Assembly (NCBI GenBank): GCA_045541375.1
Contig: JAZQJB010000108.1
Span: 4,680-68,679, forward strand
Source of the DNA: Eubacteriales bacterium
GTDB taxonomy: Bacteria; Bacillota; Clostridia; Oscillospirales; CAG-272
Direction: 5' to 3'
Length of the DNA stretch: 64,000 nt
Part shown: positions 54,977 to 63,806 of the stretch, piece by piece
Layout: every line of letters starts with the position of its first letter
Position numbering within the stretch: position 1 is the first letter of the stretch
Notes under the pieces: generated by a model
Databases searched by the model: none
Told to the model about the DNA's origin: nothing
What the model saw: only the letters and a program-made list of their open reading frames with translations
Made by a program: the position numbers and the translations under genes

Positions 54977-55971
54977 TTTTGGCAAATAAGTTCCTTTACT
55001 GAAAGAATGATTTCGTTTTCATAGCCCGAGCAAAGTGCGGCAAGCGCATCCCGGGTGCCGTTGTAGATAACGGTTGTGAGGGCGTCGCTTCCCTCAAAAG
55101 CCTTGTTGCCAATGGATGAAAGTGTCGAAGGAAGAGATATCTTGGCAAGCTTTTCGCAGGAAGCAATCGCTCTTGCGCCGATGATCTCAAACCCTTCGGG
55201 GAAAATTATCTCGCGAAGCTCGTTGCAGTTTCGGAATGAAGCCGAGCCGATCTCCTTGAGCTTTGCCGAAAGAGCGATGCTCTCAAGCGCCACGCAATCC
55301 TCGAAAGCCTTTTCGCCGATGAATTCGACGGAATCGGGAAGTGTGATAGATTTGAGCGAAGAGCAAGCAAAGAAGCCCTGCGCCTCGATGCGCTTGATCG
55401 AGGGTGGCAGAATGATGCTCTCGAAGGGAGCGTAGAAGAAGCCCTTGTCTGCAACAGCCATAACGAGCATATTGTCGAAAACGTCGGGAACGATGATCTC
55501 ACCTGCGCCCTTGTATTTCTTTTCAACGAAGCTTATGGCCCCGTTTTCATCGATCTTGAACCAGGGCATTGATGTGGACGTACCGATGATAACATCATCG
55601 CGTCCCGCAAGCTTTTGCGCATTCTTTGTGATGCAGGTCGATGCGATAGCGGCGGCATCCTTGTAGTCGCCAAGGCTCAGATATACCTCGTATGCGTCAA
55701 GATACTCCTCTGCGGCGTAAAGCTCGTTCGCGCTTTCGTATATGCGCGCGGGCTCCCATACGTTTCGTTCGAGAAGCACAAGGGCAACGATAGCGCCTGC
55801 AAGCAAAAGCACGGCAAGAGCGATCAAGGCGATCTTGACCATCCTTGCGCGCTTGCGCTTTTTGTATTCTTCAATACGCCTCTCGGTTGCCTTTTCCTGA
55901 TAGAGCTTTTGGCGTTCGGCACTTGTAAGGTGTCTTTTTTCTTCTTGATTTACGTTGTTTTGTTCGGACAT
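54973..55971 (-). CDS. membrane-anchored leucine-rich repeat (BspA-like) protein
   Basis: N-terminal charged region plus a TM helix. Repeated ~23-aa units (I.LP.S...I...AF..C..L..I), e.g. SITLPDSVEFIGEKAFEDCVALESIALS. Confidence 0.7.
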   Translation of the reverse strand: MSEQNNVNQEEKRHLTSAERQKLYQEKATERRIEEYKKRKRARMVKIALIALAVLLLAGAIVALVLLERNVWEPARIYESANELYAAEEYLDAYEVYLSLGDYKDAAAIASTCITKNAQKLAGRDDVIIGTSTSMPWFKIDENGAISFVEKKYKGAGEIIVPDVFDNMLVMAVADKGFFYAPFESIILPPSIKRIEAQGFFACSSLKSITLPDSVEFIGEKAFEDCVALESIALSAKLKEIGSASFRNCNELREIIFPEGFEIIGARAIASCEKLAKISLPSTLSSIGNKAFEGSDALTTVIYNGTRDALAALCSGYENEIILSVKELICQK

Positions 55972-55974
55972 ATT

Positions 55975-56844
55975 TTATTTGGTTTCTTCCTTGGGGATGT
56001 ATTGCGTGGTAGGTTTGGAGGGGAGAACGGGAAGTGCCTTGAGGTTGCAGTCGACGTAGATCGGGCAATGGTCGGAGACGTCAAGTGCATCCTGCTCGAG
56101 AACTACGCGGTATTCCTTGACGTCGAAGCCCTCGTGACCGAAGAGGAAGATATGGTCGATCGAGGTGAGCTGCGAGCCCTTGGGTGCGGGACCGCCCTCG
56201 TATTCGCCGCTCTCGGGATTGTAAACGGCATAGGGATGGTGTGTGCCTGTGAGATGCGAATATTCGGTTGCGCAGACACGTGTGTCAAGTCCGCCCCATT
56301 CGTATGCTCGGCGGTAGGGAAGCGAGCCGATGCGGCAGTTCCAGTCGCCCATCGCAACAACGGGGACGTTGTACTTGTACTTCATATAATTTACGTAGGT
56401 CATCATTTGGTCAACGTCGCCAACGCGTGCAAGATCGGATTCGGGACCGCCCTGCCACCAGAAATGGGTAGAAATAGCGCCAAACTGCATTCCGTCGCTC
56501 TTGCGGCGAAGAACTGCCCATGCAAGGCTCTTGGTCTTGTGGTTGTTAAGACCGGTGAAAAGATGCCAGCCGTGATCGATAACGTCAAACATACCCTTGC
56601 GGATGAGAAGGGGAGTGTTGTCGGTAAAGCCCTCGGCTTCCTTATGTGTGAGAAGCTCATATTCGGGCGCAAGAAGTTCAACGATGCGCGATTCATAGAG
56701 ATTCGGTGTCATCTCCTGAAGTCCGAGAACGTCGGGCAGATAGCGCATATAAATATCGCGCATATGAAGGTCGCGGTTGTAAACGGGACCGCACCAAATG
56801 TTATGGGACATAATTCTGAGTTCGGTTTTCTTTGAGTAATCCAT
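55975..56844 (-). CDS. endonuclease/exonuclease/phosphatase (EEP) family protein
   Basis: IMSHNIW, GLQEM, GDWN and SDHCP catalytic blocks. Confidence 0.75.
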   Translation of the reverse strand: MDYSKKTELRIMSHNIWCGPVYNRDLHMRDIYMRYLPDVLGLQEMTPNLYESRIVELLAPEYELLTHKEAEGFTDNTPLLIRKGMFDVIDHGWHLFTGLNNHKTKSLAWAVLRRKSDGMQFGAISTHFWWQGGPESDLARVGDVDQMMTYVNYMKYKYNVPVVAMGDWNCRIGSLPYRRAYEWGGLDTRVCATEYSHLTGTHHPYAVYNPESGEYEGGPAPKGSQLTSIDHIFLFGHEGFDVKEYRVVLEQDALDVSDHCPIYVDCNLKALPVLPSKPTTQYIPKEETK

Positions 56845-56920
56845 GTCGGAACCTCCGTAGATTTTATTATTATATAATTATACTATTTTTACGTGCTCTT
56901 GGCAAGAGCTTTTTGCAAAT

Positions 56921-57400
56921 TTATTCTTTACTTTTGTCGTGAATGACCGAAAGTTTCATACTTGTGTATTCAACGCGGACGCCGCAGACCTCGATCGAAT
57001 ACTCGATGGTCATCTTTCCCGATTTCAAAAGACGGTTTTCAAGAAGATCGGTTCGCGTTGTGAATTCAACTCTCTCGCCGTTCGCGGCTTTGCTGATACA
57101 TCTGTGCCTCTTGCCTTCTTCAAGAAACACAGTCACAGGCTCTTGAAATGTGGTTTCTCCGCGGCGGAAGGAGATGAGATCCGGCTCGGACTTTGAAAAC
57201 GAGATCTCGTTTTCTCTGTTATTCGTCGATCTGAATAGAAGTGTTATGCGTCCGTCCTTGCCTGATGAAAGCGTGCCCTCGGATATGACCTTGGTGCTTG
57301 AACCGAATATTGTTGAAAGCAACTTTTCTGCCACCGTGTCGTTCCCGGGCTTGAAAACGTCCTGCTTTATTTCTGCGTTAACAATAACGTCGTAATGCAT
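56921..57400 (-). CDS. DUF1934 (YwiB-like) beta-barrel protein
   Basis: 159 aa with the alternating beta-strand pattern and size of the YwiB family. Call rests on overall resemblance only. Confidence 0.45.
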   Translation of the reverse strand: MHYDVIVNAEIKQDVFKPGNDTVAEKLLSTIFGSSTKVISEGTLSSGKDGRITLLFRSTNNRENEISFSKSEPDLISFRRGETTFQEPVTVFLEEGKRHRCISKAANGERVEFTTRTDLLENRLLKSGKMTIEYSIEVCGVRVEYTSMKLSVIHDKSKE

Positions 57401-57450
57401 TTTTTACCTCATTGCTTCGTTTTTTGTTGGGGAATAATATTTTTGAGGTG

Positions 57451-57837
57451 ATGAAGATCAAAAAGATTTGTTTTATATTTGCTTGGGTTTCAGTCTTGTT
57501 TTTAATATGCCCCGTGTCGGCTGAAAGTGAAGAGGTGCTTCTTCTTGCATCTGCCGCAGAAGCTGTGGCGGGTGGGGAGAGCTACACCGTTATGGCGGCG
57601 TTTTCATCCGTTATGCTCAACCGTGTGCGGGATGAAGATTACCCCTCAAGCCTGGCCGCAGTAATTTCGGATGCAGGGGTCGATATATCCGCAGTCGAAG
57701 CGTCTGAGAGAGCGATACGCGCCGCAAGGGATGCGCTTGGCGGCTTTGACCCAACGGGAGGAGCTCTGCACTATTCCAGAGAAGAAAAAGAACTTCCGGA
57801 GATCCTGCTTGGAGTACCCGGCTGGAGCTTCTATTGA
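57451..57837 (+). CDS. SleB/CwlJ-type cell wall hydrolase domain protein
   Basis: ATG 57451 follows GAGGTG, with a signal peptide. Hydrolase_2-like blocks AFSSVMLNRVRDEDYPSSLAAVI and GGALHY. Confidence 0.65.
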   Translation: MKIKKICFIFAWVSVLFLICPVSAESEEVLLLASAAEAVAGGESYTVMAAFSSVMLNRVRDEDYPSSLAAVISDAGVDISAVEASERAIRAARDALGGFDPTGGALHYSREEKELPEILLGVPGWSFY

Positions 57838-57862
57838 AATTATACCGCATAATCGGGCAATA

Positions 57863-57897
57863 GTCAAGAAAATTTCGTGATATTTTCTTGACTTTTT
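57863..57897 (+). terminator. rho-independent terminator
   Basis: GTCAAGAAAAT-ttcgtgat-ATTTTCTTGAC followed by TTTTT. Confidence 0.7.
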
Positions 57898-57916
57898 GCT
57901 ATTTTCGGTATATAAT
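57888..57916 (+). promoter_or_regulatory. sigma-A type promoter overlapping the preceding terminator
   Basis: TTGACT at 57888-57893, 17-nt spacer, TATAAT at 57911-57916. Confidence 0.5.
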
Positions 57917-57951
57917 TATATAGATAATTATTTTTATTAAGAGGTAGAACA

Positions 57952-59238
57952 ATGGATCTTAAAAATCTTCTTAAATCACTTGAAAACTGCCCCTGCGGCA
58001 GAGAGCACACCTTTGACACCAAGGTCGTTGAGATATACAGCGGTCTGACCAAGGACACGGGCAAGATCCTGCTTGACGCGGGCTTCCCGACCAACATCCT
58101 TCTTGTTGCCGACGAGAACACTCTCGGCGTTGCAAATGCGGAGGGACTCTCTGATTCTCTCGCGGCTTCGGGCTTCAACGTAAAGAAGCTTATCTATAAG
58201 AATATGATGTACGCTCGCATCGAGCAGGTTCGTGAGGTCGAGGCTCTGCTTGATGACGTTGACGGCGTTATCTCCTGCGGCACAGGCTCGCTCAACGACA
58301 TCTGCCGTGTTGCGTCCTTCGAAAAGGACAAGAAGTTCTGTATCTTCGCAACCGCCCCCTCGATGGACGGCTTCGCATCCGATACCGCTCCCATTATCGA
58401 AAACAACTTCAAGGTTTCCTGGTTCGTTCGTCAGCCCATGGTCATCCTTGCAGACACCAAGATCCTTTCAAACGCTCCCACCGAGCTCAAGGCAGCGGGC
58501 TTTGGCGATATGGTAGCAAAGTACATAGGCATCGTTGACTGGAGAATTTCCCATATCCTCACCGGCGAGTATTACTGCCCCGCAATCGCAGACCTCACCA
58601 TGACCGCAGTCAAGAAGATGGTCGCCCTTGCAGATAAGGTTACCGGCAACGACGAAGAGGCTGCAGGCGCAATTATGGAAGCTCTCGTCCTTTCGGGACT
58701 TGCAATGAAGCTCGCTCTCTGCTCAAGACCCGCATCGGGCGCAGAGCACGTTGTTTCCCACTATTGGGAGTGCTACAAGCTCGCCCGCGGCATCTGGCCC
58801 GAGTTCCACGGCAAGAAGGTCGGCGTTGCTACCCTCATCATCAACAAGATCTACCGCAATATCGCAGACCGCGTCGAGGAGATCAACCCCACCAAGGATG
58901 AGCCCGATTGGAACGAGGTCTACAAGCACTTCTCGGCTGAGCAGATCCCCGAGGTTGAAAAGCTCAACAACCCCAGCATTATGGATAAGATCGACGCCGC
59001 TGACCTCAAGGCTAAATGGCCCGAGATCCGCGAGATCATCCGCGAGGTCCTTCCCGAGAACGACAAGCTCCTCGATCTTATGAAGATTGCAGGCTGTGCA
59101 ACCACTCCCGAGGAGATCAACGTCTCCCCCGAGCTCTTCGCCGAGGGTATCTACTACCACGGATATATGAGATACCGCATCCTTCTTACCAGAATGATGC
59201 CCATGATCGGTATCGATCCTATGCAGTATCTTGACTAA
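57952..59238 (+). CDS. iron-containing alcohol dehydrogenase superfamily protein, sn-glycerol-1-phosphate dehydrogenase (AraM/EgsA)-like
   Basis: 428 aa. GTGSLNDI nucleotide-binding block, DGFAS, GFGDM and GAEHVVSH metal-site blocks resemble G1PDH or 3-dehydroquinate-synthase-like enzymes. Confidence 0.55.
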   Translation: MDLKNLLKSLENCPCGREHTFDTKVVEIYSGLTKDTGKILLDAGFPTNILLVADENTLGVANAEGLSDSLAASGFNVKKLIYKNMMYARIEQVREVEALLDDVDGVISCGTGSLNDICRVASFEKDKKFCIFATAPSMDGFASDTAPIIENNFKVSWFVRQPMVILADTKILSNAPTELKAAGFGDMVAKYIGIVDWRISHILTGEYYCPAIADLTMTAVKKMVALADKVTGNDEEAAGAIMEALVLSGLAMKLALCSRPASGAEHVVSHYWECYKLARGIWPEFHGKKVGVATLIINKIYRNIADRVEEINPTKDEPDWNEVYKHFSAEQIPEVEKLNNPSIMDKIDAADLKAKWPEIREIIREVLPENDKLLDLMKIAGCATTPEEINVSPELFAEGIYYHGYMRYRILLTRMMPMIGIDPMQYLD

Positions 59239-59253
59239 TTGATTTTAGCGGAA

Positions 59254-59286
59254 AATTTGCCGCAGACATCTTGTCTGCGGCAAATT
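59254..59286 (+). terminator. hairpin terminator
   Basis: AATTTGCCGCAGACA-tctt-GTCTGCGGCAAATT. The T-run is weak. Confidence 0.55.
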
Positions 59287-59304
59287 CTATAAGGAGGTGA
59301 GTTC

Positions 59305-60048
59305 TTGAAAAACGAAAAGCTTATGTCGCTTGCTGCTGCATTCGGCTGGTTCGGTGCCTATCTATTTATCAGCATAATTGCCGTGCATCTGCCCGAGGGC
59401 GTTGACTGCGCGGTGACCATTCTCGCTCTTTGGGGACTCATCCTCGTTTGTGCAAGAAGCTTTGAAGATAAAAAGACCATCCCCGAAATGCTCGCTCACG
59501 GCGGCATACGGAAGGTTAAAGTATCTGTCTTGCTATTTGCTTTTTTTGCAGGCGCGGGACTGAATCTCGCATATAGCGGACTTCTTCCTTTGCTTCCGAT
59601 TCCGGAGGAAATAGTAGAATCATACATCGACGCCTCGGCAAAATACGAAGAACCTTCAAACGCCCTAATGTTCAAGGCAGTTTTCCTCGTTCCCGTGCTT
59701 GAAGAAACGGTATTCCGAGGACTCCTCGGCGACAGAATATCGCGTTTTGCACCAAAATGGATAGCCATTCCTGCTGCCTCGCTGATCTTCGCCGTAATGC
59801 ACGGTGATCTTCTGTGGTGCGCGTATGCATTCATTTCGGGTATCGTTCTGACTTGGATGTATTTCAGATGCAAGTCGATTTTGCCCTGTATCTCCTTCCA
59901 CCTTGCATTTAATGCCGCAAATTATCTATGGGCGAAGATACTTCACCTGCCCGACGAGGTGTGGGCGTATGCGGTGAGCCTGATCATCGGAATATTGCTG
60001 TGTCTTACCGGATTGATTTTGACGACAAAGAACTCCGACTCGAAATGA
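59305..60048 (+). CDS. CPBP family intramembrane glutamic endopeptidase (CAAX protease-like)
   Basis: TTG start 7 nt after AAGGAGG. Motifs EETVFRG, FAVMHG and HLAFN in a polytopic membrane protein. Confidence 0.75.
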   Translation: MKNEKLMSLAAAFGWFGAYLFISIIAVHLPEGVDCAVTILALWGLILVCARSFEDKKTIPEMLAHGGIRKVKVSVLLFAFFAGAGLNLAYSGLLPLLPIPEEIVESYIDASAKYEEPSNALMFKAVFLVPVLEETVFRGLLGDRISRFAPKWIAIPAASLIFAVMHGDLLWCAYAFISGIVLTWMYFRCKSILPCISFHLAFNAANYLWAKILHLPDEVWAYAVSLIIGILLCLTGLILTTKNSDSK

Positions 60049-60066
60049 GCCGGAGTTCTTTGTCGT

Positions 60067-60855
60067 TTATGCCAACTCAACAAACGCGCAAACGGGATTG
60101 TGGTCGGATATGTAAAGACCGTCGGCGGGGGTGTCGGTTACGACGTAAGACTTCGAAATGTCGCAGGGAAGATCGGTGAAGATATAGTCGATCTTCGGTG
60201 CTTTTTCGGGAGAATATCTGCCGAAGCCGTGGAATGTGCCGCCGAGAGAAGCGGTTGCGTCGATGACGGGCTTGCCGTTGATCGCGTAAGCGGTGAATGC
60301 CTCGATCTCGGGAGTGCCGGGATGAGCGTTCATATCGCCTGTAATAATGCAGGGGAGCTTACGCTCGGAAAGGTATCTGACAACGTCGAGCGCGCCGAGC
60401 TTTCTTGCCTCCGAGCCCTTGTGGTCGAGGTGTGTATTGAGGAAGATGAATATCTCATCGGAATCCTTGTGCTTAAGAGTAGCGGCGGTATACACACGAG
60501 GACATCCGCTCTGGTCAGCCGCGTAGCGAGAGCCGGGTACAAGAGGAGTAGCCGAGAGCCAGCGGGTCTCGAGTGCAATCAGCTCAAAATCATCGCGCTT
60601 GAATGCGATGCAGGTAGACTCGCCGCGGTAATCCGCGCTGCGTCCGCATCCGACTACGGTGTATCCGAGGGGTGAAAGCTCGTCGCCGAGCCATTTCTTC
60701 ATCACGGAAGCCGCCTCCTGGAAACCGATGAGGTCGGGAGCGTTTTCCTTGATAGTGTCAAGAATTCTGCCCTTGCGGTTGTGGAAAATGTTGTTGCCGT
60801 CAACCTCGGCAATAACGCGGAGATTAAAGGTGCAAACTTTAAGTGTGGTGCTCAT
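60067..60855 (-). CDS. endonuclease/exonuclease/phosphatase (EEP) family protein
   Basis: CTFNLR, GFQEA, NTHLDH, GDMN and SDHNP blocks. RBS AGGAGG. Confidence 0.75.
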   Translation of the reverse strand: MSTTLKVCTFNLRVIAEVDGNNIFHNRKGRILDTIKENAPDLIGFQEAASVMKKWLGDELSPLGYTVVGCGRSADYRGESTCIAFKRDDFELIALETRWLSATPLVPGSRYAADQSGCPRVYTAATLKHKDSDEIFIFLNTHLDHKGSEARKLGALDVVRYLSERKLPCIITGDMNAHPGTPEIEAFTAYAINGKPVIDATASLGGTFHGFGRYSPEKAPKIDYIFTDLPCDISKSYVVTDTPADGLYISDHNPVCAFVELA

Positions 60856-60877
60856 TTTTAAGCCTCCTGTATGTTTT

Positions 60878-61039
60878 TCATTTGTGTTTTTTGCAATTAC
60901 GGTAAATAAGTATTCCTACTGTGGCACCAATGATTATGCCGAGTGCGAGAGCGATCACCCATCCGCCTTCTTCCATCATAAAGAAGAATTCGTCAACGGG
61001 TGAGAAGACTACGTCGAGTGAGAAAAAAGGCAATTTCAT
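60878..61039 (-). CDS. 53-aa single-pass membrane protein (paralog set, member c)
   Basis: ATG 61039 lies 8 nt after AAGGAG and overlaps the upstream TGA (ATGA). MKLPFFSLDVVFSPVDEFFFMMEEGGWVIALALGIIIGATVGILIYRNCKKHK. Confidence 0.55.
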   Translation of the reverse strand: MKLPFFSLDVVFSPVDEFFFMMEEGGWVIALALGIIIGATVGILIYRNCKKHK

Positions 61040-61206
61040 TTTGAATTCTCCTTGTCTTTCTTTTTCTTGGTGAAAAATACAATTCCAATAATCGCGCTGA
61101 TCACCAGAAGCGCGGCAAGCGCAATCACCCATCCCAAGTGTACCAAATACACCATAAATATATCGAAGGGTGAAACTGCTGCATCAAGTACGAAAAAATT
61201 ATACAT
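61036..61206 (-). CDS. 56-aa single-pass membrane protein (paralog set, member b)
   Basis: ATG 61206 lies 8 nt after GGAGGG and overlaps the upstream TAA (TAATG). MYNFFVLDAAVSPFDIFMVYLVHLGWVIALAALLVISAIIGIVFFTKKKKDKENSK. Confidence 0.55.
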   Translation of the reverse strand: MYNFFVLDAAVSPFDIFMVYLVHLGWVIALAALLVISAIIGIVFFTKKKKDKENSK

Positions 61207-61451
61207 TAATAATCCCTCCAAGTCTCTCTTTTCTTATCTTCGAGTCTTTGGCGAGTCTCTTTTTCTTTGCGCCTTTTGATCGATTTAAGGAGAATAGATG
61301 TTGCTATTATGCCGCAAATAACGATTACGATAAATGCAGCGATCAGTATCCAGATCGTTGTGTCGGATAGCGGTGTGCTCGGTGGTTTGGGGGTTGGGTC
61401 GATCGGCTGAATCGAAAAAACAGGTTCTAATCTTGCAAACCAATAATTCAT
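61206..61451 (-). CDS. 81-aa single-pass membrane protein (paralog set, member a)
   Basis: ATG 61451 lies 7 nt after AGGAGG. N-terminal FARLEPVFSIQPID motif, Pro-rich spacer, TM helix, K/R/E-rich tail. Confidence 0.55.
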   Translation of the reverse strand: MNYWFARLEPVFSIQPIDPTPKPPSTPLSDTTIWILIAAFIVIVICGIIATSILLKSIKRRKEKETRQRLEDKKRETWRDY

Positions 61452-61461
61452 ATTTTGCCTC

Positions 61462-61809
61462 CTAAATCAGTGAGAGTATTGCAGAACCCAATATCAGAGA
61501 AGCTGCATTGATTACCGTTGAAATAAGAATCGACTTTTTTGGCGAGAGATCACAAAGAAAACCTATGAGAAGACCTTCCCCTAAAAATACGGCTATTTCT
61601 CCGAGAATAACAACTATTAAGTAGACCGCGTAGTTTGGTGTAAGTGTAAAAATAATCATCAAAGCCGCATTGAGCGCGGGATTGGTCAGAAGATTTATAA
61701 GTATCAGCGGGATGATCGAATTCTTCCTTCGTATGATCCACGCACCAAGCGGAACCTCAAGCACCAAAGTCAGCGCTAATGCTGAAAATAGAGTGTAAAT
61801 TGCTTTCAT
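61462..61809 (-). CDS. 115-aa polytopic membrane protein, function unknown
   Basis: 3-4 hydrophobic helices. ATGA overlap with the upstream gene. No motif recognised. Confidence 0.5.
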   Translation of the reverse strand: MKAIYTLFSALALTLVLEVPLGAWIIRRKNSIIPLILINLLTNPALNAALMIIFTLTPNYAVYLIVVILGEIAVFLGEGLLIGFLCDLSPKKSILISTVINAASLILGSAILSLI

Positions 61810-62867
61810 CTTCGGTCACGGATGTCGTCTGTGGTAAGAAATATACAAACTGCGGCAATAAGAGAGAGAAGAGGAATAAGTATTACCGAAAGATTCGTTT
61901 CAATGGGGAACAGAGTGTTGATAAAGTATCCGATAAAGAGTGAAACTGTCGTCAAACCGAACACAAAGCCCTCGTGTCCCGGTAGCTTTCGGGCTGCACC
62001 GACAAGTGTGATAGGCATTGCAATATTAAAGAAAAATGTTGCACCGAGGAAGAAAATCATCGATTCTGCACCTATAAAATAAAGCGGAACGCATAGCAAA
62101 AGCGAAGCAGAGCCGACTCTCCTTGCCCCGAAGAGATCGGACAAAATACCGCCGAGAAATTTTCCTGCAAATGCCGCCGCTGAAATTATGAGAGGGATCA
62201 ACGGGGCTTTTGATTCTGGGCGCGTGGCAGCAAATCCCGCATAGGAGCGGATGACAACTGCAAAAAGCAGAACCGAAAGCGCCGGAACGGAAGCGGAAAG
62301 AATGATCTTTGAGGCAGGTCGAAGCTGTTCTTCCTGCGTGATCTTCGGAAGAGGAATAAACTTCCTTTCGCCCTCGCAATAGATCATAACTGCACAGGCG
62401 GCAAATATCAAGCAAGCGGAATAATGGATGGGCGAGAGCAGAAGCTTCTCACCGAGTATACAGCCGAGCGCTATGCCGAGCGATCCCGACGAAACGAATA
62501 TTCCTGCTCGGGTAAATCCTCGGTCCGTGGTTAGTGCATCAATTCCGCCTCCTACGTGGAAACAAGCATTTCCAAGCCCAACAAGACAAACGGTCAACGC
62601 AGGCATCTCGCCGCCGATCATAACGCCAACGGCTGTAGAAACTATGCCGACGACCGCAAAGATCCTACCGTTTGACTTCACTATATCAGCAAAGGCGCCG
62701 AAAAGATGTTGTGTCGCAAAGGCTAACATATTATAAAGTACAAATAAGACAGCTACCTCTGCCGAGTCGATATCGCCCGAGGCATACATTGCATATAGCG
62801 CGTATCCGCAGGAAAGATCAACGAGGAAATGTGATATTGTATAGGTGATCAAAGAATTTTCTTTCAT
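61806..62867 (-). CDS. 353-aa polytopic membrane protein, compact MFS-like
   Basis: About 10-12 hydrophobic segments with two-fold pseudo-symmetry. The second half carries GGILSDLFGARRVG, which resembles MFS motif A. ATGA overlap with the anti-sigma gene. Confidence 0.5.
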   Translation of the reverse strand: MKENSLITYTISHFLVDLSCGYALYAMYASGDIDSAEVAVLFVLYNMLAFATQHLFGAFADIVKSNGRIFAVVGIVSTAVGVMIGGEMPALTVCLVGLGNACFHVGGGIDALTTDRGFTRAGIFVSSGSLGIALGCILGEKLLLSPIHYSACLIFAACAVMIYCEGERKFIPLPKITQEEQLRPASKIILSASVPALSVLLFAVVIRSYAGFAATRPESKAPLIPLIISAAAFAGKFLGGILSDLFGARRVGSASLLLCVPLYFIGAESMIFFLGATFFFNIAMPITLVGAARKLPGHEGFVFGLTTVSLFIGYFINTLFPIETNLSVILIPLLSLIAAVCIFLTTDDIRDRR

Positions 62868-63730
62868 TCTTTATCCCCGTTGCTTTTTTCCGCAGAAGAA
62901 GTTCTGACCGATGAAAGCGAGATCAGAAACGCCACAAACGATGCAACTGCGAGCAGTCCCGATACGATCAGGAGTGCGAGGGTGATCTCCTCTCCGCCGG
63001 GAACGGAAGACGCTTCGGGTGCCGCATCCTGATATGTGATTTGGGTTTCGGCTCCGTCTTTGGTCGCACTTTCGGTCACTTCTTCTGCCGGAGCTTGCAT
63101 TTCTGCCTCGGTTTCGGGTGTCATCGTTTCGGGAATCATCGTTTCGGGCTGTGCGGTTTCGGCAACCGACATTGATTCTTCAAAAGTGTTTTCGGGTATC
63201 GGTATTGTATCGATAGGAGCAACCTCCGGAGCAGGATCTTGAGCGGAAGCAGACGTCTGTTCCGCCTCAATATTTTCATCGGTAGACTGAGATAATGCGG
63301 AATCTGATTTGTTGCATTCCTCGACTATGGTATCCTCAAGTGAATATTGAGGATCATTTGGCAGTCCCTCACCACCCGTGCCCGAACGCCACATTGGGAT
63401 CAATGTGATTGCGAGCGTTGCGGAAAGGCAAAGCATAACGCAAGCAACGGAAATTGCCGCACCGCGGAAAAAAGCAGCCTTGCGCCTCGGCTTTTTCTTC
63501 GGCTCCGATTCGATCGATGCCATTATGCGCGAATGAAGTCCTTCGGGCATTTCTTCCTCTGCCGATCGGATCGCTTCCTTGAGCGCACGAAGCTCCTCAA
63601 ACTCTTTGCGGCAATCTTCGCACTCGGCAATATGCGCCTCAAACTCGCGCATTTCTGCCGCGGTCAGCTCGCCTTCTATATATTCATCCGCCATCAAGCG
63701 GAATTTTTTGCATGAAGGAGTTTTTTCCAT
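62864..63730 (-). CDS. zf-HC2 type anti-sigma factor with an acidic extracytoplasmic region and a second C-terminal TM helix
   Basis: ATG 63730 follows AAAGGA. CKKF...H(x3)C(x2)C zinc motif (AHIAECEDC), TM at AISVACVMLCLSATLAITLI, E/T/P/A-rich region, C-terminal helix LALLIVSGLLAVASFVAFLISL. Confidence 0.7.
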   Translation of the reverse strand: MEKTPSCKKFRLMADEYIEGELTAAEMREFEAHIAECEDCRKEFEELRALKEAIRSAEEEMPEGLHSRIMASIESEPKKKPRRKAAFFRGAAISVACVMLCLSATLAITLIPMWRSGTGGEGLPNDPQYSLEDTIVEECNKSDSALSQSTDENIEAEQTSASAQDPAPEVAPIDTIPIPENTFEESMSVAETAQPETMIPETMTPETEAEMQAPAEEVTESATKDGAETQITYQDAAPEASSVPGGEEITLALLIVSGLLAVASFVAFLISLSSVRTSSAEKSNGDKE

Positions 63731-63806
63731 AGCTTTTCCTTTCGTAAGATTTGTTTTCATATATAAAGACGTGGATTTTTATAAAAAGTTCCGTATTTTT
63801 CGAAAA

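Noticed and set aside
56892-56915. GCTCTTG/CAAGAGC hairpin between the DUF1934-like and EEP genes, considered as a terminator.
   Set aside because: On the transcribed (minus) strand it is not followed by a U-run. It may be a weak attenuator or irrelevant, and is too uncertain to list as a feature.
60878-61039. Double-glycine (GG) leader in the 53-aa peptide (..MMEEGG|WVIAL..), suggesting a class II bacteriocin precursor.
   Set aside because: The two paralogs lack the GG. The part after the GG is a plain TM helix with a basic tail. No C39 peptidase/ABC exporter or immunity gene is adjacent. A structural membrane mini-protein is more parsimonious.
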